41,288 bases of DNA, taken from Candidatus Poribacteria bacterium (GTDB lineage Bacteria; Poribacteria; WGA-4E; WGA-3G). Position numbers and translations under genes: made by a program. The stretch is taken from positions 1 through 41,288 of the forward strand of contig JAKZUG010000116.1 of assembly GCA_047516705.1 (NCBI GenBank), in the 5' to 3' direction. Positions 17,223 through 26,409 of the stretch are shown in pieces; positions within the stretch are counted from its first letter, which is position 1; every line of letters begins with the position of its first letter. The notes beneath the pieces were generated by a model, which saw nothing but the letters and a program-made list of their open reading frames with translations, made no database searches and was not told the origin of the DNA.

Positions 17223-18470
17223 ATGAACATATTTTCTCTACGCCGACAGTTTTTTGGAGACATACGCTGTTGCCCAAAACTTCCCATTAAAATATCTCTA
17301 ATATTTCTATTCACTTTGATACAATTCAGTTTTTCCGTCCTCGTTTTCGCAGCGGACACCGCTGCCGAAAATCCGGTAGTCGGTAGGGAAGTTGCGCCGA
17401 AAGCCTCACAGCCCCCGGAATTGTCTACATATAGATTAGAAGTTGGCGATAGTTTTGTCGTCACTGTAGATGGCTATCCTGAATATAGCAAAGATCGAAT
17501 TCCAGTGCCGGTTCAACAAGACGGCTATGTCTCCTATCCGCTTATTGGACTCATCAAGGTCGCCGGTCTCACGGTTTCTGAACTTGAGGCACAGATGCAG
17601 TCCGCTTTCTCAAGACACCTCCAGACAGCACGCGTGTTTGTAACGCTCATGCAACCGAAACGAACTATTCTCGTATTCGGCGCGGTTGAGCCGCGAGGGC
17701 GCGGAAACTTACACATCTTTGAAGTTGGACAGGTTTATCTCCTCCAAGCTCTCGCATCAGCCTCGATCAGCTATGAACGTGCGGATCTCACGGATATTTC
17801 TATCTGGCGCGATGGAAAATTGTTCAAAAGAGTTGATTATGTTGATCTCATCAACACGGGAGGTCCCGATATTCTGCTGAAAGACTATGATACGATATTC
17901 GTTCCTTCTGTTTTTCAACAGCGGCCCGTGCGTGTCATAGGTGCGGTCGTTGCTCCTGGTGCTTATCCGATAACCGAACCGCAAGTACCTGCCATTCAAG
18001 CGTTGAAACTCGCTGGCGGGTCAAGATCCGATTTCGCGGATTTACACAAATCAGAAATCATCACCAGTAAGGAAAGAATTTTAGTCGATCTCGCTGCGGA
18101 AAACATTAATGCGATGTTGGGACCTGGCGATACATTGTATGTACCGTTGGCGGAAGCAAAAATAAGCGTTATGGGGGCAGTAGAGAAACCCGGACAGTAT
18201 ATCATTACCGAGCCTGTCCATTTAGGGCAAGCCATTGCTATGGCAGGTGGGTTCAATGAAGAAAGGGCAAATCCGAAAAAATGTCTTCTGACACGGGCTG
18301 ATGGAACAGAAGAGGAATTGAACTTCAATTTGGTACACTCGGAGGTTTACCTGAACCCGAAAGATCAACTCCGCGTCCGTGAACGGACACGTTTAGACTG
18401 GCGGGTAATCACATTCGCAACATCATTTGTGAATCTGCTTGTCACTGTCCTCATCAGATACAACAACTAA
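17223..18470 (+). CDS. polysaccharide export protein (Wza-like; Poly_export plus SLBB repeats)
   Basis: Signal peptide. YRLEVGDSFVVTV..VQQDGYVSYPLIGLIKVAGLTVSELE, then repeated SLBB-type segments (V.GAV..PG.Y). Confidence 0.88.
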   Translation: MNIFSLRRQFFGDIRCCPKLPIKISLIFLFTLIQFSFSVLVFAADTAAENPVVGREVAPKASQPPELSTYRLEVGDSFVVTVDGYPEYSKDRIPVPVQQDGYVSYPLIGLIKVAGLTVSELEAQMQSAFSRHLQTARVFVTLMQPKRTILVFGAVEPRGRGNLHIFEVGQVYLLQALASASISYERADLTDISIWRDGKLFKRVDYVDLINTGGPDILLKDYDTIFVPSVFQQRPVRVIGAVVAPGAYPITEPQVPAIQALKLAGGSRSDFADLHKSEIITSKERILVDLAAENINAMLGPGDTLYVPLAEAKISVMGAVEKPGQYIITEPVHLGQAIAMAGGFNEERANPKKCLLTRADGTEEELNFNLVHSEVYLNPKDQLRVRERTRLDWRVITFATSFVNLLVTVLIRYNN

Positions 18471-18532
18471 TTGCGGATATATGCCTGGGAAACACACCTA
18501 TAAGGCATTAAGAAAATAGAACGAGGTTACAG

Positions 18533-20887
18533 ATGCCAGAGACAGCCGATAGGCACCTTGAAGAAGTTAGAGAAATTCGATTATCAGACTATTTTTGGAT
18601 ACTCTTTCGGAATAAGTGGAGTGTTCTTCTCATTTTTCTGCTTTCCGTTTTCGGGGCTTTTCTCATAACAGACTTCACACCGCCTGTTTATCAATCCGAA
18701 ACTACAATTCGTGTTTTAGACGGTCAAACCGCCTCCTCTCTCCTCTCACAGTTACCGTTATCTGGTTTATTGGGGGGCACATCGTTAGGAGCTTACGCCG
18801 CACAACTTCAGTCGCGCGACCTTGTGATCACCCCCGCAGTACGCCAACTCAGAGAAGAGGGTCTTCTTGATCCACTACCTATTCATCGAGGTCGGATTGT
18901 AGTGTGGCTTGCAGATGTGTTAAATATTGAACTTGATCAGGATGCTACAGAACAGGGAGAACTTACGGACAGCGAATGGGAAAATTTCTTCATCAAAACC
19001 CTTATTGACGAACAGTTAAAGGTTGAAGAGACACCGGACGGAAGTGTGATTACCGTTACTGTGAAGCAACGCGAATCTGAACGGGCGCAGCATCTGGCTA
19101 ACAGAATCGCTGCAGTATTTCAGGCATCTGTTGAAGCAGAAGCCTCTGAAAGAATGCTGTGGTGGCAAAAGCCACTGCCGCAGTCAATGCTGAATCGGGC
19201 ACAGGAAAACCTCGAAAATGCCGAAGATGAATTTTTTGCTTTTCAAAAAAAATATCCAGAGATTACTTTAAATGCAGAAGGTGGGACACAAGCACAGATC
19301 ATTCTGGCACTCCAAGTGAAAGAAAATGAATTGATTGATCTCTTGGCAGGGGCTGAATTGAGACTTACAACTTACCAAGAGGAATTAGAGAAACTGTCTG
19401 AAGAGGTTGTCTCAGAAACAACTGCACGAAATCCTTCACATTCCAAGTTACAAGATAGCTTAAACCAGTCTGAGATTGACCGGGCGGAACTCCTTGGTAA
19501 GTATGATGAAACGCATCCTGAAGTGACTGCGATTGATGGAAAAATTAGGGAGACGACGGCACGTCTCGCTAAAGAGGAGAAAGAAATAAAAAGTACGACC
19601 TCTTCCTATAATCCGCTCCATCAAGCACTCACAGAGAAAATAAATGAGACGCAGGCGACTATTACCAGCCTTAAGCAACAGCAAGCGAATGTCGCAGCAC
19701 AAATTGAAAAACACCACGCAAAACTTGGCAATTGGTCGCTTGAACAGTTACAGTTCTATCGCCTCAAACGAGATGTTGAGATTTACAACGCCCAGATAAT
19801 CGCTTTACAGACGAAAATGCGGGAGGCAGAAATTTTCTCCCAAGCCCGTTCGGAAAGCATCAAGGTTTTAGATAAGGCACGCGCACCGGAAGAACCACTG
19901 AAGCCACGCCTAAAACTGAATCTTGTGTTAGGGGCCTTCGTCGGAATGCTACTCGGTATGACGTTTGCTGTCGCGAAAAATTACTTCAAAGACACTTACC
20001 TCCGCTTAGAGGAAGCTGTCCGGCAATTAGATGCCCTGCCCGAATCGCCAAGTTTCCTGGGTGTACTCCCATCTATCAAAAAACGTAGTTCCTATCGGCT
20101 CCGGCTGATGGTTCACGATGCTCCCAATTCGAGAACAGCTGAAGCGTTTCGTGTACTACAAGCTAAACTGCCGTTTTTAAATCCGGGTGCACCGGTGAAA
20201 ACCATTCTCGTCACGAGCGCGACTCGCGGCGAGGGCAAAAGTACTATATCCTCCAATCTCGCCGTCGCACTTGCACAAAGAGGCAATAGGGTTTTGCTAA
20301 TCGATGCTGATATGCGGCGCCCTTCGCAACACAATACCTTTCCGAGAGAACAACTTCTTCAGGGAGAGAGTGCGGCAGGTACAGATGCATCTGAATTGCC
20401 TGCCCCGCGTGTTGATCCACGCAAACCAGGATTGAGTGAAGCACTTATCCATCTAAACTCGGAAAACGGGTACGACGTACTCCACGCAACGGTCAAGCAA
20501 ACCGGAATTCCGAATTTATATCTGGTGCCAAGTGGGACTGTGCCACCGAATCCAATCGAACTCCTCAATTCTGAAATGATGACTGAGTGGTTGGAACTCG
20601 CAAAATCTGAGTATGATATCATAGTCATCGACTCACCGCCTGTACGTGCTGTCGCCGATCCGATGATTTTAGCGAATATCGTTGATGCTATCGTCTATGT
20701 CTTTGACATCACGAAAACCCGCCGGTTTGACGTGCTTACAGGGATACGACATCTGACAGAGGCGTTCCCGACGAAAGGCATCGGTGTGCTTTGCAATATG
20801 ATCAACCCGAAACACGCCAAGTCCTACGGTTATTACAGTCGCCACGGCAGCTACTATGGACTTGCGGATGAAGACAGCGGAACCTAA
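18533..20887 (+). CDS. polysaccharide co-polymerase / BY-kinase (Wzc/GumC-like tyrosine autokinase)
   Basis: Wzz N-terminus with TM helix, a long coiled periplasmic region and a second TM. Walker A TSATRGEGKST, Walker A' VLLIDADMRRP and Walker B IIVIDSPPV. C-terminal Tyr cluster KSYGYYSRHGSYYG. Confidence 0.9.
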   Translation: MPETADRHLEEVREIRLSDYFWILFRNKWSVLLIFLLSVFGAFLITDFTPPVYQSETTIRVLDGQTASSLLSQLPLSGLLGGTSLGAYAAQLQSRDLVITPAVRQLREEGLLDPLPIHRGRIVVWLADVLNIELDQDATEQGELTDSEWENFFIKTLIDEQLKVEETPDGSVITVTVKQRESERAQHLANRIAAVFQASVEAEASERMLWWQKPLPQSMLNRAQENLENAEDEFFAFQKKYPEITLNAEGGTQAQIILALQVKENELIDLLAGAELRLTTYQEELEKLSEEVVSETTARNPSHSKLQDSLNQSEIDRAELLGKYDETHPEVTAIDGKIRETTARLAKEEKEIKSTTSSYNPLHQALTEKINETQATITSLKQQQANVAAQIEKHHAKLGNWSLEQLQFYRLKRDVEIYNAQIIALQTKMREAEIFSQARSESIKVLDKARAPEEPLKPRLKLNLVLGAFVGMLLGMTFAVAKNYFKDTYLRLEEAVRQLDALPESPSFLGVLPSIKKRSSYRLRLMVHDAPNSRTAEAFRVLQAKLPFLNPGAPVKTILVTSATRGEGKSTISSNLAVALAQRGNRVLLIDADMRRPSQHNTFPREQLLQGESAAGTDASELPAPRVDPRKPGLSEALIHLNSENGYDVLHATVKQTGIPNLYLVPSGTVPPNPIELLNSEMMTEWLELAKSEYDIIVIDSPPVRAVADPMILANIVDAIVYVFDITKTRRFDVLTGIRHLTEAFPTKGIGVLCNMINPKHAKSYGYYSRHGSYYGLADEDSGT

Positions 20888-20938
20888 GAACCCATAAAGG
20901 ATTTGCAGAGTGATGTCCCTTCGTTGCTCAGCAAAAGC

Positions 20939-21781
20939 CTACGACTTCATTTTTCCCAAACTCGCGGGTGGACGCGATGTCCCTACGAACCCGACCAAGA
21001 CGACCATTGTTAAAATATAGGGTAGACTGTGTAGCAGTTGTCCCGGAATGTTCCATCGGTTTGCGAGTTCTAAGGCAGTGGCGAATCCAAAGAGGAAGCA
21101 CGCCGATACACCGCCTAATGGTCGCCAATTCCCGAAGATGACAGCTGCAAGTGCGAGATAACCACGTCCGGCTGTCATCCCTTTTGTAAAGTAATGAACT
21201 TCTGATGCCAGAAAACATCCACCAGTTCCTGCTAAGAGCCCACTTAACAGGATCCCAAGATATTGCCATTTTGCCCGGCTTAAACTCAGAGCCGCAAGTG
21301 CTTCCGTTGATTCGCCTGCCGCACGTAATCGCAACCCCCACGGTGTTTTAAACATAAAAATGTGACTCACTACCATCAATGCCGGTAGTAAATAGACGAC
21401 AAAGTTGTAAGAACCGATAAGTGGCAGCTGCCAGTGCGGAAGTCCACCTACCTGTTCAGTGGTAGGTAACAGCAATTCGGTAATTCCCAACGCCAAAATG
21501 TTAATGCCAATTCCGGTGACAACCTGCTCCGCGTGAAATGTGACCGTTGCAATAGCATGTAACAAAGCCAATGCCATCCCGAAACCCATACCGACAAGCA
21601 ACCCAATCCACGTTGAACCAGAACCCTGCGTTCCGACAACATAACCAAATGCTCCAATCAGCATCATCCCTTCTAAGGCGAGGTTGATTACCCCGGCGCG
21701 CTCCGAATAAATCCCGCCGAGTGCAGCGAAACCTAACGGTGTTGCCATTCGCAAAGCACTTGGAATCAATTCAAAAATCAT
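20939..21781 (-). CDS. ABC transporter permease, Bmp/nucleoside-type (COG1079-like)
   Basis: MIFELIPSALRMATPLGFAALGGIYSERAGVINLALEGMMLIGAF is typical of the second permease of Bmp-family (nucleoside/simple sugar) importers. Multi-TM. Confidence 0.85.
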   Translation of the reverse strand: MIFELIPSALRMATPLGFAALGGIYSERAGVINLALEGMMLIGAFGYVVGTQGSGSTWIGLLVGMGFGMALALLHAIATVTFHAEQVVTGIGINILALGITELLLPTTEQVGGLPHWQLPLIGSYNFVVYLLPALMVVSHIFMFKTPWGLRLRAAGESTEALAALSLSRAKWQYLGILLSGLLAGTGGCFLASEVHYFTKGMTAGRGYLALAAVIFGNWRPLGGVSACFLFGFATALELANRWNIPGQLLHSLPYILTMVVLVGFVGTSRPPASLGKMKS

Positions 21782-22862
21782 TTTTTTTCCTTGATATGCC
21801 TTCTATGCAAACTAACCAGATAATTAGCATACCTTGCCCCGCAAGGAACAGACCGCGCGGGACCTCCAACAAAATTTCAATGTCCAATGCAACTTTATTC
21901 AGTAATCCGAATAACACAGCTGCTGCCAAAATACCGAAAGGATTGTTTCTCCCTAAGAGCGCGACCGCTATTCCAGTGAATCCCCAACCCGATGAAAAAT
22001 TATCCAAAAACCGATAACGGTATCCCATCACCTCAGCGACACCGGCTAATCCGGCAACTGCACCGCTTAATGCCATTACCCATACAGTCACAATACGTGG
22101 GTTGATCCCACCATAAGAAGCAACATCGCGCGCGTTTCCTACCAAGCGGAGTTCATATCCCCAACGAGTGTATGTCAAGAAGATATAGCAGAGTGCAATA
22201 CACCCACAGGCAATCAAGAAGCTCGCATTTAATGGGTTACTCTGCGGGAAAAAGGGGACTAAAGATGCCAATCGTGGGATTCGCGCCGTTTCATGAATCT
22301 GCCGGGTCTGGGGGATCATCTGCCCTGGTTCTTGGTAAACTGACGTGACAAGGTAGTTTATGAGGGCGAAAGCGATGAAGTTCATCATAATTGTATTGAT
22401 AACTTCATGCGCACCGTATCTTGCCTTTAAGAAACCGGGTACCGCGCCCCATCCAGCACCGGCAATCATTGCTGCCACTATACAGAGTGGTACCAGTAAA
22501 AAGGCAGGCAGATTTAGATGTATACCTATCCACGCAGCAGCAAACGCAGCAACGTAGAGTTGCCCCTCGCAACCGATATTGAACAATCCGCTCTTATAGC
22601 TGATAGCGACAGCGAGTCCGGTAAAGACTAAAGGGGTTGCGTTGAACAGGACATATCCGAAATCATCGAAACTTGCGAACCCGCTCGAAAGAATGATCCT
22701 ATAGAATGCTAACGCATCTTCGCCTCGGATATGGACTACAATCCCACACGAGAGAAAAAATCCAAAGATAGCAAGTAGCGGAGGTATACAGTTTAGGAAA
22801 AACTTTCTGGATTGAGATGTTCTGCCTCGCAACAGCGAGACGAACGATTTTCGGATATTCAA
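21771..22862 (-). CDS. ABC transporter permease, Bmp/nucleoside-type (COG4603-like)
   Basis: Multi-TM protein with LFNIGCEGQLY and GFTGIAVALLGRNNP motifs. Overlaps the partner permease gene by 11 nt. Confidence 0.85.
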   Translation of the reverse strand: MNIRKSFVSLLRGRTSQSRKFFLNCIPPLLAIFGFFLSCGIVVHIRGEDALAFYRIILSSGFASFDDFGYVLFNATPLVFTGLAVAISYKSGLFNIGCEGQLYVAAFAAAWIGIHLNLPAFLLVPLCIVAAMIAGAGWGAVPGFLKARYGAHEVINTIMMNFIAFALINYLVTSVYQEPGQMIPQTRQIHETARIPRLASLVPFFPQSNPLNASFLIACGCIALCYIFLTYTRWGYELRLVGNARDVASYGGINPRIVTVWVMALSGAVAGLAGVAEVMGYRYRFLDNFSSGWGFTGIAVALLGRNNPFGILAAAVLFGLLNKVALDIEILLEVPRGLFLAGQGMLIIWLVCIEGISRKKNDF

Positions 22863-22909
22863 GGTTTTCTCAATGTCTCTTGAGGCTGTTTATGGTAAAT
22901 ATAAATATC

Positions 22910-22962
22910 TGTAGACACCTGCCAGTAGGCGCGCTTTGTAAGTGCTATCGTTCTCCACCTAC
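22910..22962. repeat. REP-like intergenic repeat, core GTAGGCGCGCTTTGTAAGTGC (copy E)
   Basis: TGTAGACACCTGCCAGTAGGCGCGCTTTGTAAGTGCTATCGTTCTCCACCTAC aligns along its length with 33076-33130. The core recurs at several other intergenic sites. Confidence 0.55.
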
Positions 22963-23035
22963 TGATGGTTTCCGAAAGTTGATGCCTGATGGCTATTTTA
23001 CTGATTACTAACAACTGAATGTCTCTCTGCTAAAT

Positions 23036-23065
23036 TTGACAAAAGATCTGGGAACGTGTTATTAT
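23036..23065 (+). promoter_or_regulatory. sigma70-type promoter upstream of the aminotransferase gene
   Basis: TTGACA (23036-23041), 18-nt spacer, TATTAT (23060-23065) with a TG extension at 23057-23058. Confidence 0.5.
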
Positions 23066-23162
23066 ACATAGTATTAATCTATCCGCAACGCACCTGTCAG
23101 TATAACACGGATATCGTATTAACACAAATCGTTGATTGTTAGGCGGTAGCGAGGAGAACACC

Positions 23163-24572
23163 ATGGAGAGAAGCAAAACGCAGTTGTCCCATCATAAGAT
23201 TAACCCAACGGAGCTTCCTGCTATTTTGGGTGGAACTCCAGTCTTTGAACAGACACCTGATGTCCCTTATCCGAAACTGGACGAGTGGCACCAAATCACG
23301 GAGGAAGAAGCGCAGGTTGTTTATGAGATGACACTTCGGAACGAACTCTCTGGAGTCTCTCCAACGGTTCAAGAATTTGAGCGAATCTGGTGTGAACGTC
23401 ACCAGACTCAATTCGCGTTGAGCCTTACCAACGGTACGGCAGCCTTACATAGTGCTATGTTTGGACTTGGTGTCGGTCCCGGCGATGAGGTTATCTGCCC
23501 AACCTACACATGGATGGGGTCAATCACACCAGCGTTAACGTTGATGGCAACACCCGTTTTCTGTGAGGTGGACCCGAAGACACTGCTTATTGATGTAGAG
23601 GATGTTCGGCGGCGCATTACGTCACGAACCAAGGCAATCGTGGCAGTGCATCTGTGGGGCAATGTCTGTGATATGGATGCGCTAATGGCACTCAGCGAGG
23701 AGACAAGTGTCCCGGTCATAGAGGATTGTTCTCACGCCCACGGCGCATCTTACAAAGGCGCGCCTTGTGGAAGCATCGGACAAGTAGGCGCATGGAGTTT
23801 GCAAGGCAACAAACCGATTAGCGGCGGTGAAGGTGGAATGCTTGCTACCAGTGACGTAGCGGTTTTTGAGCGGACATATCTACTCGGTCAGGTCAACCGT
23901 TCTCCTAATGTTGTAGGAGAAGCCGCGGAAGCTCTTCAATACACCTATCTTCCGCCGATGGGACTTGGCGTTAAATTTCGTGCCCATCCGCTTGCTATCG
24001 GTATTGCTTCGGTACAGCTGAAAAAACTTGATGAACTCAATGTAAACCGTCGTACTTACATACAAGAAATTTCCAACGGATTACAGGAAATTCCGGGGGT
24101 TTCTCCTATTGAGACTTATGAAGGGGCTGCACCTGCCGGGTTCTATGGTTTTCCTATCCATTACCATGAGGACGAGATGCATGGGCTGCCGGCACCGCTG
24201 TTTGCGGAAGCTCTGAGAAAAGAGGGCGTTTTGGCGAATAATAACCCTTATCCGCTCCTTGTTGGAGATGGGGTGCCGCTTTTTTCAGGGAGTCTACCCA
24301 CCAATAGCAATCCATATCCACTTCTGCATACTTTACCACTCTTCACGCATGGACTTGATATCTACATGAACAGTCGAGGCTCTCTCTGCACCGCTGATAT
24401 GGGGGGTGCATTTAAAGGTTATGCTGCAGGAGATTTACCTGTGACTGAAAAAGCTTGTTCGCAGCTTATATTTTTACCACTATTGACGAAACCAGTAGCA
24501 GGTGCAGCGTCGGGAATCCTGACTGCTATTCGCAAAGTCTCTTTACATAGCCGTTTGATAGCTGCTGGGTAA
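23163..24572 (+). CDS. DegT/DnrJ/EryC1/StrS-family PLP-dependent aminotransferase (sugar aminotransferase-like) with extended C-terminal region
   Basis: ATG at 23163 lies 6 nt after GAGGAG. Motifs ILGGTPVF, LTNGTAALHSAM, DEVICPTYTW and AIVAVHLWG, plus the PLP-lysine context SLQGNKPISGGEGGML. Confidence 0.85.
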   Translation: MERSKTQLSHHKINPTELPAILGGTPVFEQTPDVPYPKLDEWHQITEEEAQVVYEMTLRNELSGVSPTVQEFERIWCERHQTQFALSLTNGTAALHSAMFGLGVGPGDEVICPTYTWMGSITPALTLMATPVFCEVDPKTLLIDVEDVRRRITSRTKAIVAVHLWGNVCDMDALMALSEETSVPVIEDCSHAHGASYKGAPCGSIGQVGAWSLQGNKPISGGEGGMLATSDVAVFERTYLLGQVNRSPNVVGEAAEALQYTYLPPMGLGVKFRAHPLAIGIASVQLKKLDELNVNRRTYIQEISNGLQEIPGVSPIETYEGAAPAGFYGFPIHYHEDEMHGLPAPLFAEALRKEGVLANNNPYPLLVGDGVPLFSGSLPTNSNPYPLLHTLPLFTHGLDIYMNSRGSLCTADMGGAFKGYAAGDLPVTEKACSQLIFLPLLTKPVAGAASGILTAIRKVSLHSRLIAAG

Positions 24573-24582
24573 GTAAACAAAG

Positions 24583-26277
24583 ATGTCAACAGAATTTTCA
24601 GCCCGAACTCGAGCCAACAATATTGAAACCTTCAAGACTGAACCCTTGGACGTTTTGGTTATCGGCGGTGGTATCGTCGGAGCAGGTCTAATTCGTGATC
24701 TTGCGCTCAACGGGGGCATCAAAGCAGGATTAATTGAGCAAGGCGATTTCGCAAACGGAACCAGTAGTGCGACCTCACAACTTGTCCATGGAGGCTTTCG
24801 CTACCTGCTTAAACGTGATATTGACCTTGTTAAAAAATCACGTAAGGAACGTGAGATTCTCCAACGCATTGCGCCGAATCTTGTCAAACCGATGCCAATA
24901 GCACTGCTCAGTTACAAAGGCGATCCGTACCCGTTGACGGGGATACAACTCGCTGCACATTACTACAATCGTCTCTTTAAAGCAGATGAAGCGGAGAAAA
25001 CAGTGGTAATTCGTGATGCGCAAAAAGTTCGACGTTTGGTCGGACCTATTGCGGCGGATACGCTAAAAGGATGTGTCCTATTATGGGATAGCACTGTTGA
25101 CGATGCAAGGTTGACGCTCTCGACTCTCAAAGACGCACACCGACACGGTGCTATAATCGCGAACTATGTCCGTTTTCTCAATTTTATCAAGCGACCAGAT
25201 ACAAGTAATGTAGGGAACCAAGTGTACGGGATAACTGCTGAAGATGTTATTTCTGGACAACGTTTTGAGATCACCGCCCGGAAAATTGTGGCAGCTACTG
25301 GTCCTTGGAGCGACGAAGTGTGGTGTAAAGACCCGAGTTACGACGGAGTGCCGCGCCTGCTGACGAAAAATGCGAAAGGTATTCATCTCGTCGTGCCGCG
25401 CTGCGGAAAGCAACACGACTCAGAAGCGTACGGTCTGATTGCCTGCACACGCTCGGAAAAACAACGCAAACGTAATCCGCGTGTCATTTTTATTTTGCCG
25501 GGTGCTCACAATACATCTATTGTCGGCACCACTGAAACGACACCTGATGAGGCGTTGGCATCCGTCCGTCCGTCAGCGGACGAGGTAACCTATCTGCTTT
25601 CAGAAACACAACGCATTTTTCCGAAAAAAACACTTGATAACGACGCTGTCATCGCTGCTTATGCTGGGACCCGTCCGCTCATCGCAGCGAACAGACATCA
25701 GCGAGGATTTGCAAGAGCAGGTTTTGTTTCAAGGGACCACTTAATCACAGAGAGTCCGAGTGGAGTCATGTATCTCTATGGTGGAAAACTTACCACACAC
25801 CGCCAAATGGCAGAGGAGACCGTAGACCACCTTGCGACGTTTTTCAATGTCCCTCGCCACTGTAAGACAGACACCCTTCCTTTGTTCAATGTATCAGCGG
25901 AGGTACCGAATGGAGACACAAATTGTTCTTTACAATCGAGCACTGACACAGAACGCCTCATTAAACGCTATGGGGACGGGTATCAGATGATTCTAAAGTT
26001 TATCAACGACGATGCAGCACTTGCCGAACCGATAATGCCGTCTCTTCCATTCACGAAAGCTGAACTCCTCTACGCATATTGGGGCGAGATGGCGATCACA
26101 CTCGATGACCTCCTTTGGCGACGTACTCGTATCGGTTGGACACCGGGCCAAGGGCTTGACATTGCCCCTCAAATTGCTCAGTTCTTAAGCGAGAAAAACA
26201 ACTGGGATCAAGCGAGGATTACAGCAGAGGTTGAGGCGTATCGCCAACACATCCGGTGGCTGAATTTTAATCTATAA
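24583..26277 (+). CDS. glpD: FAD-dependent glycerol-3-phosphate dehydrogenase
   Basis: DVLVIGGGIVGAGLIRDLALNG, SSATSQLVHGGFRYL, GGKLTTHR, and the C-terminal GlpD helical domain LDDLLWRRTRIG. Confidence 0.88.
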   Translation: MSTEFSARTRANNIETFKTEPLDVLVIGGGIVGAGLIRDLALNGGIKAGLIEQGDFANGTSSATSQLVHGGFRYLLKRDIDLVKKSRKEREILQRIAPNLVKPMPIALLSYKGDPYPLTGIQLAAHYYNRLFKADEAEKTVVIRDAQKVRRLVGPIAADTLKGCVLLWDSTVDDARLTLSTLKDAHRHGAIIANYVRFLNFIKRPDTSNVGNQVYGITAEDVISGQRFEITARKIVAATGPWSDEVWCKDPSYDGVPRLLTKNAKGIHLVVPRCGKQHDSEAYGLIACTRSEKQRKRNPRVIFILPGAHNTSIVGTTETTPDEALASVRPSADEVTYLLSETQRIFPKKTLDNDAVIAAYAGTRPLIAANRHQRGFARAGFVSRDHLITESPSGVMYLYGGKLTTHRQMAEETVDHLATFFNVPRHCKTDTLPLFNVSAEVPNGDTNCSLQSSTDTERLIKRYGDGYQMILKFINDDAALAEPIMPSLPFTKAELLYAYWGEMAITLDDLLWRRTRIGWTPGQGLDIAPQIAQFLSEKNNWDQARITAEVEAYRQHIRWLNFNL

Positions 26278-26297
26278 TGCTATGTCCACCCTCATCT

Positions 26298-26354
26298 TGT
26301 AGGTGCCCCTTTCCAGTACCGGATGGGGACCCCGGTTTGAAACCGCGCCTGCGG
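26298..26354. repeat. REP-like repeat (copy F, core in reverse orientation) directly after glpD
   Basis: TGTAGGTGCCCC...GGGGACCCCGGTTTGAAACCGCGCCTGCGG. The reverse complement of 26336-26352 reads GCAGGCGCGGTTTCAAA, matching the GTAGGCGCG-TTTGTAA core. Several short GC stems. Confidence 0.45.
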
Positions 26355-26409
26355 AAACATTACGTTTATCTACAATTTCGGATATGACAAAACACTTGGA
26401 CACAAGATT

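Noticed and set aside
20928-21341. 137-aa minus-strand ORF overlapping the 3' half of the permease gene in another frame.
   Set aside because: The permease frame has clear family motifs and TM periodicity. The alternative frame is Arg/Cys/Trp-rich, typical of off-frame translation.
21781-21788. T8/A8 homopolymer at the overlap of the two permease genes, considered as a possible phase-variation tract.
   Set aside because: A length change would alter only the last few codons of the upstream permease and not the downstream start. The tract is short, so a switch function is unlikely.
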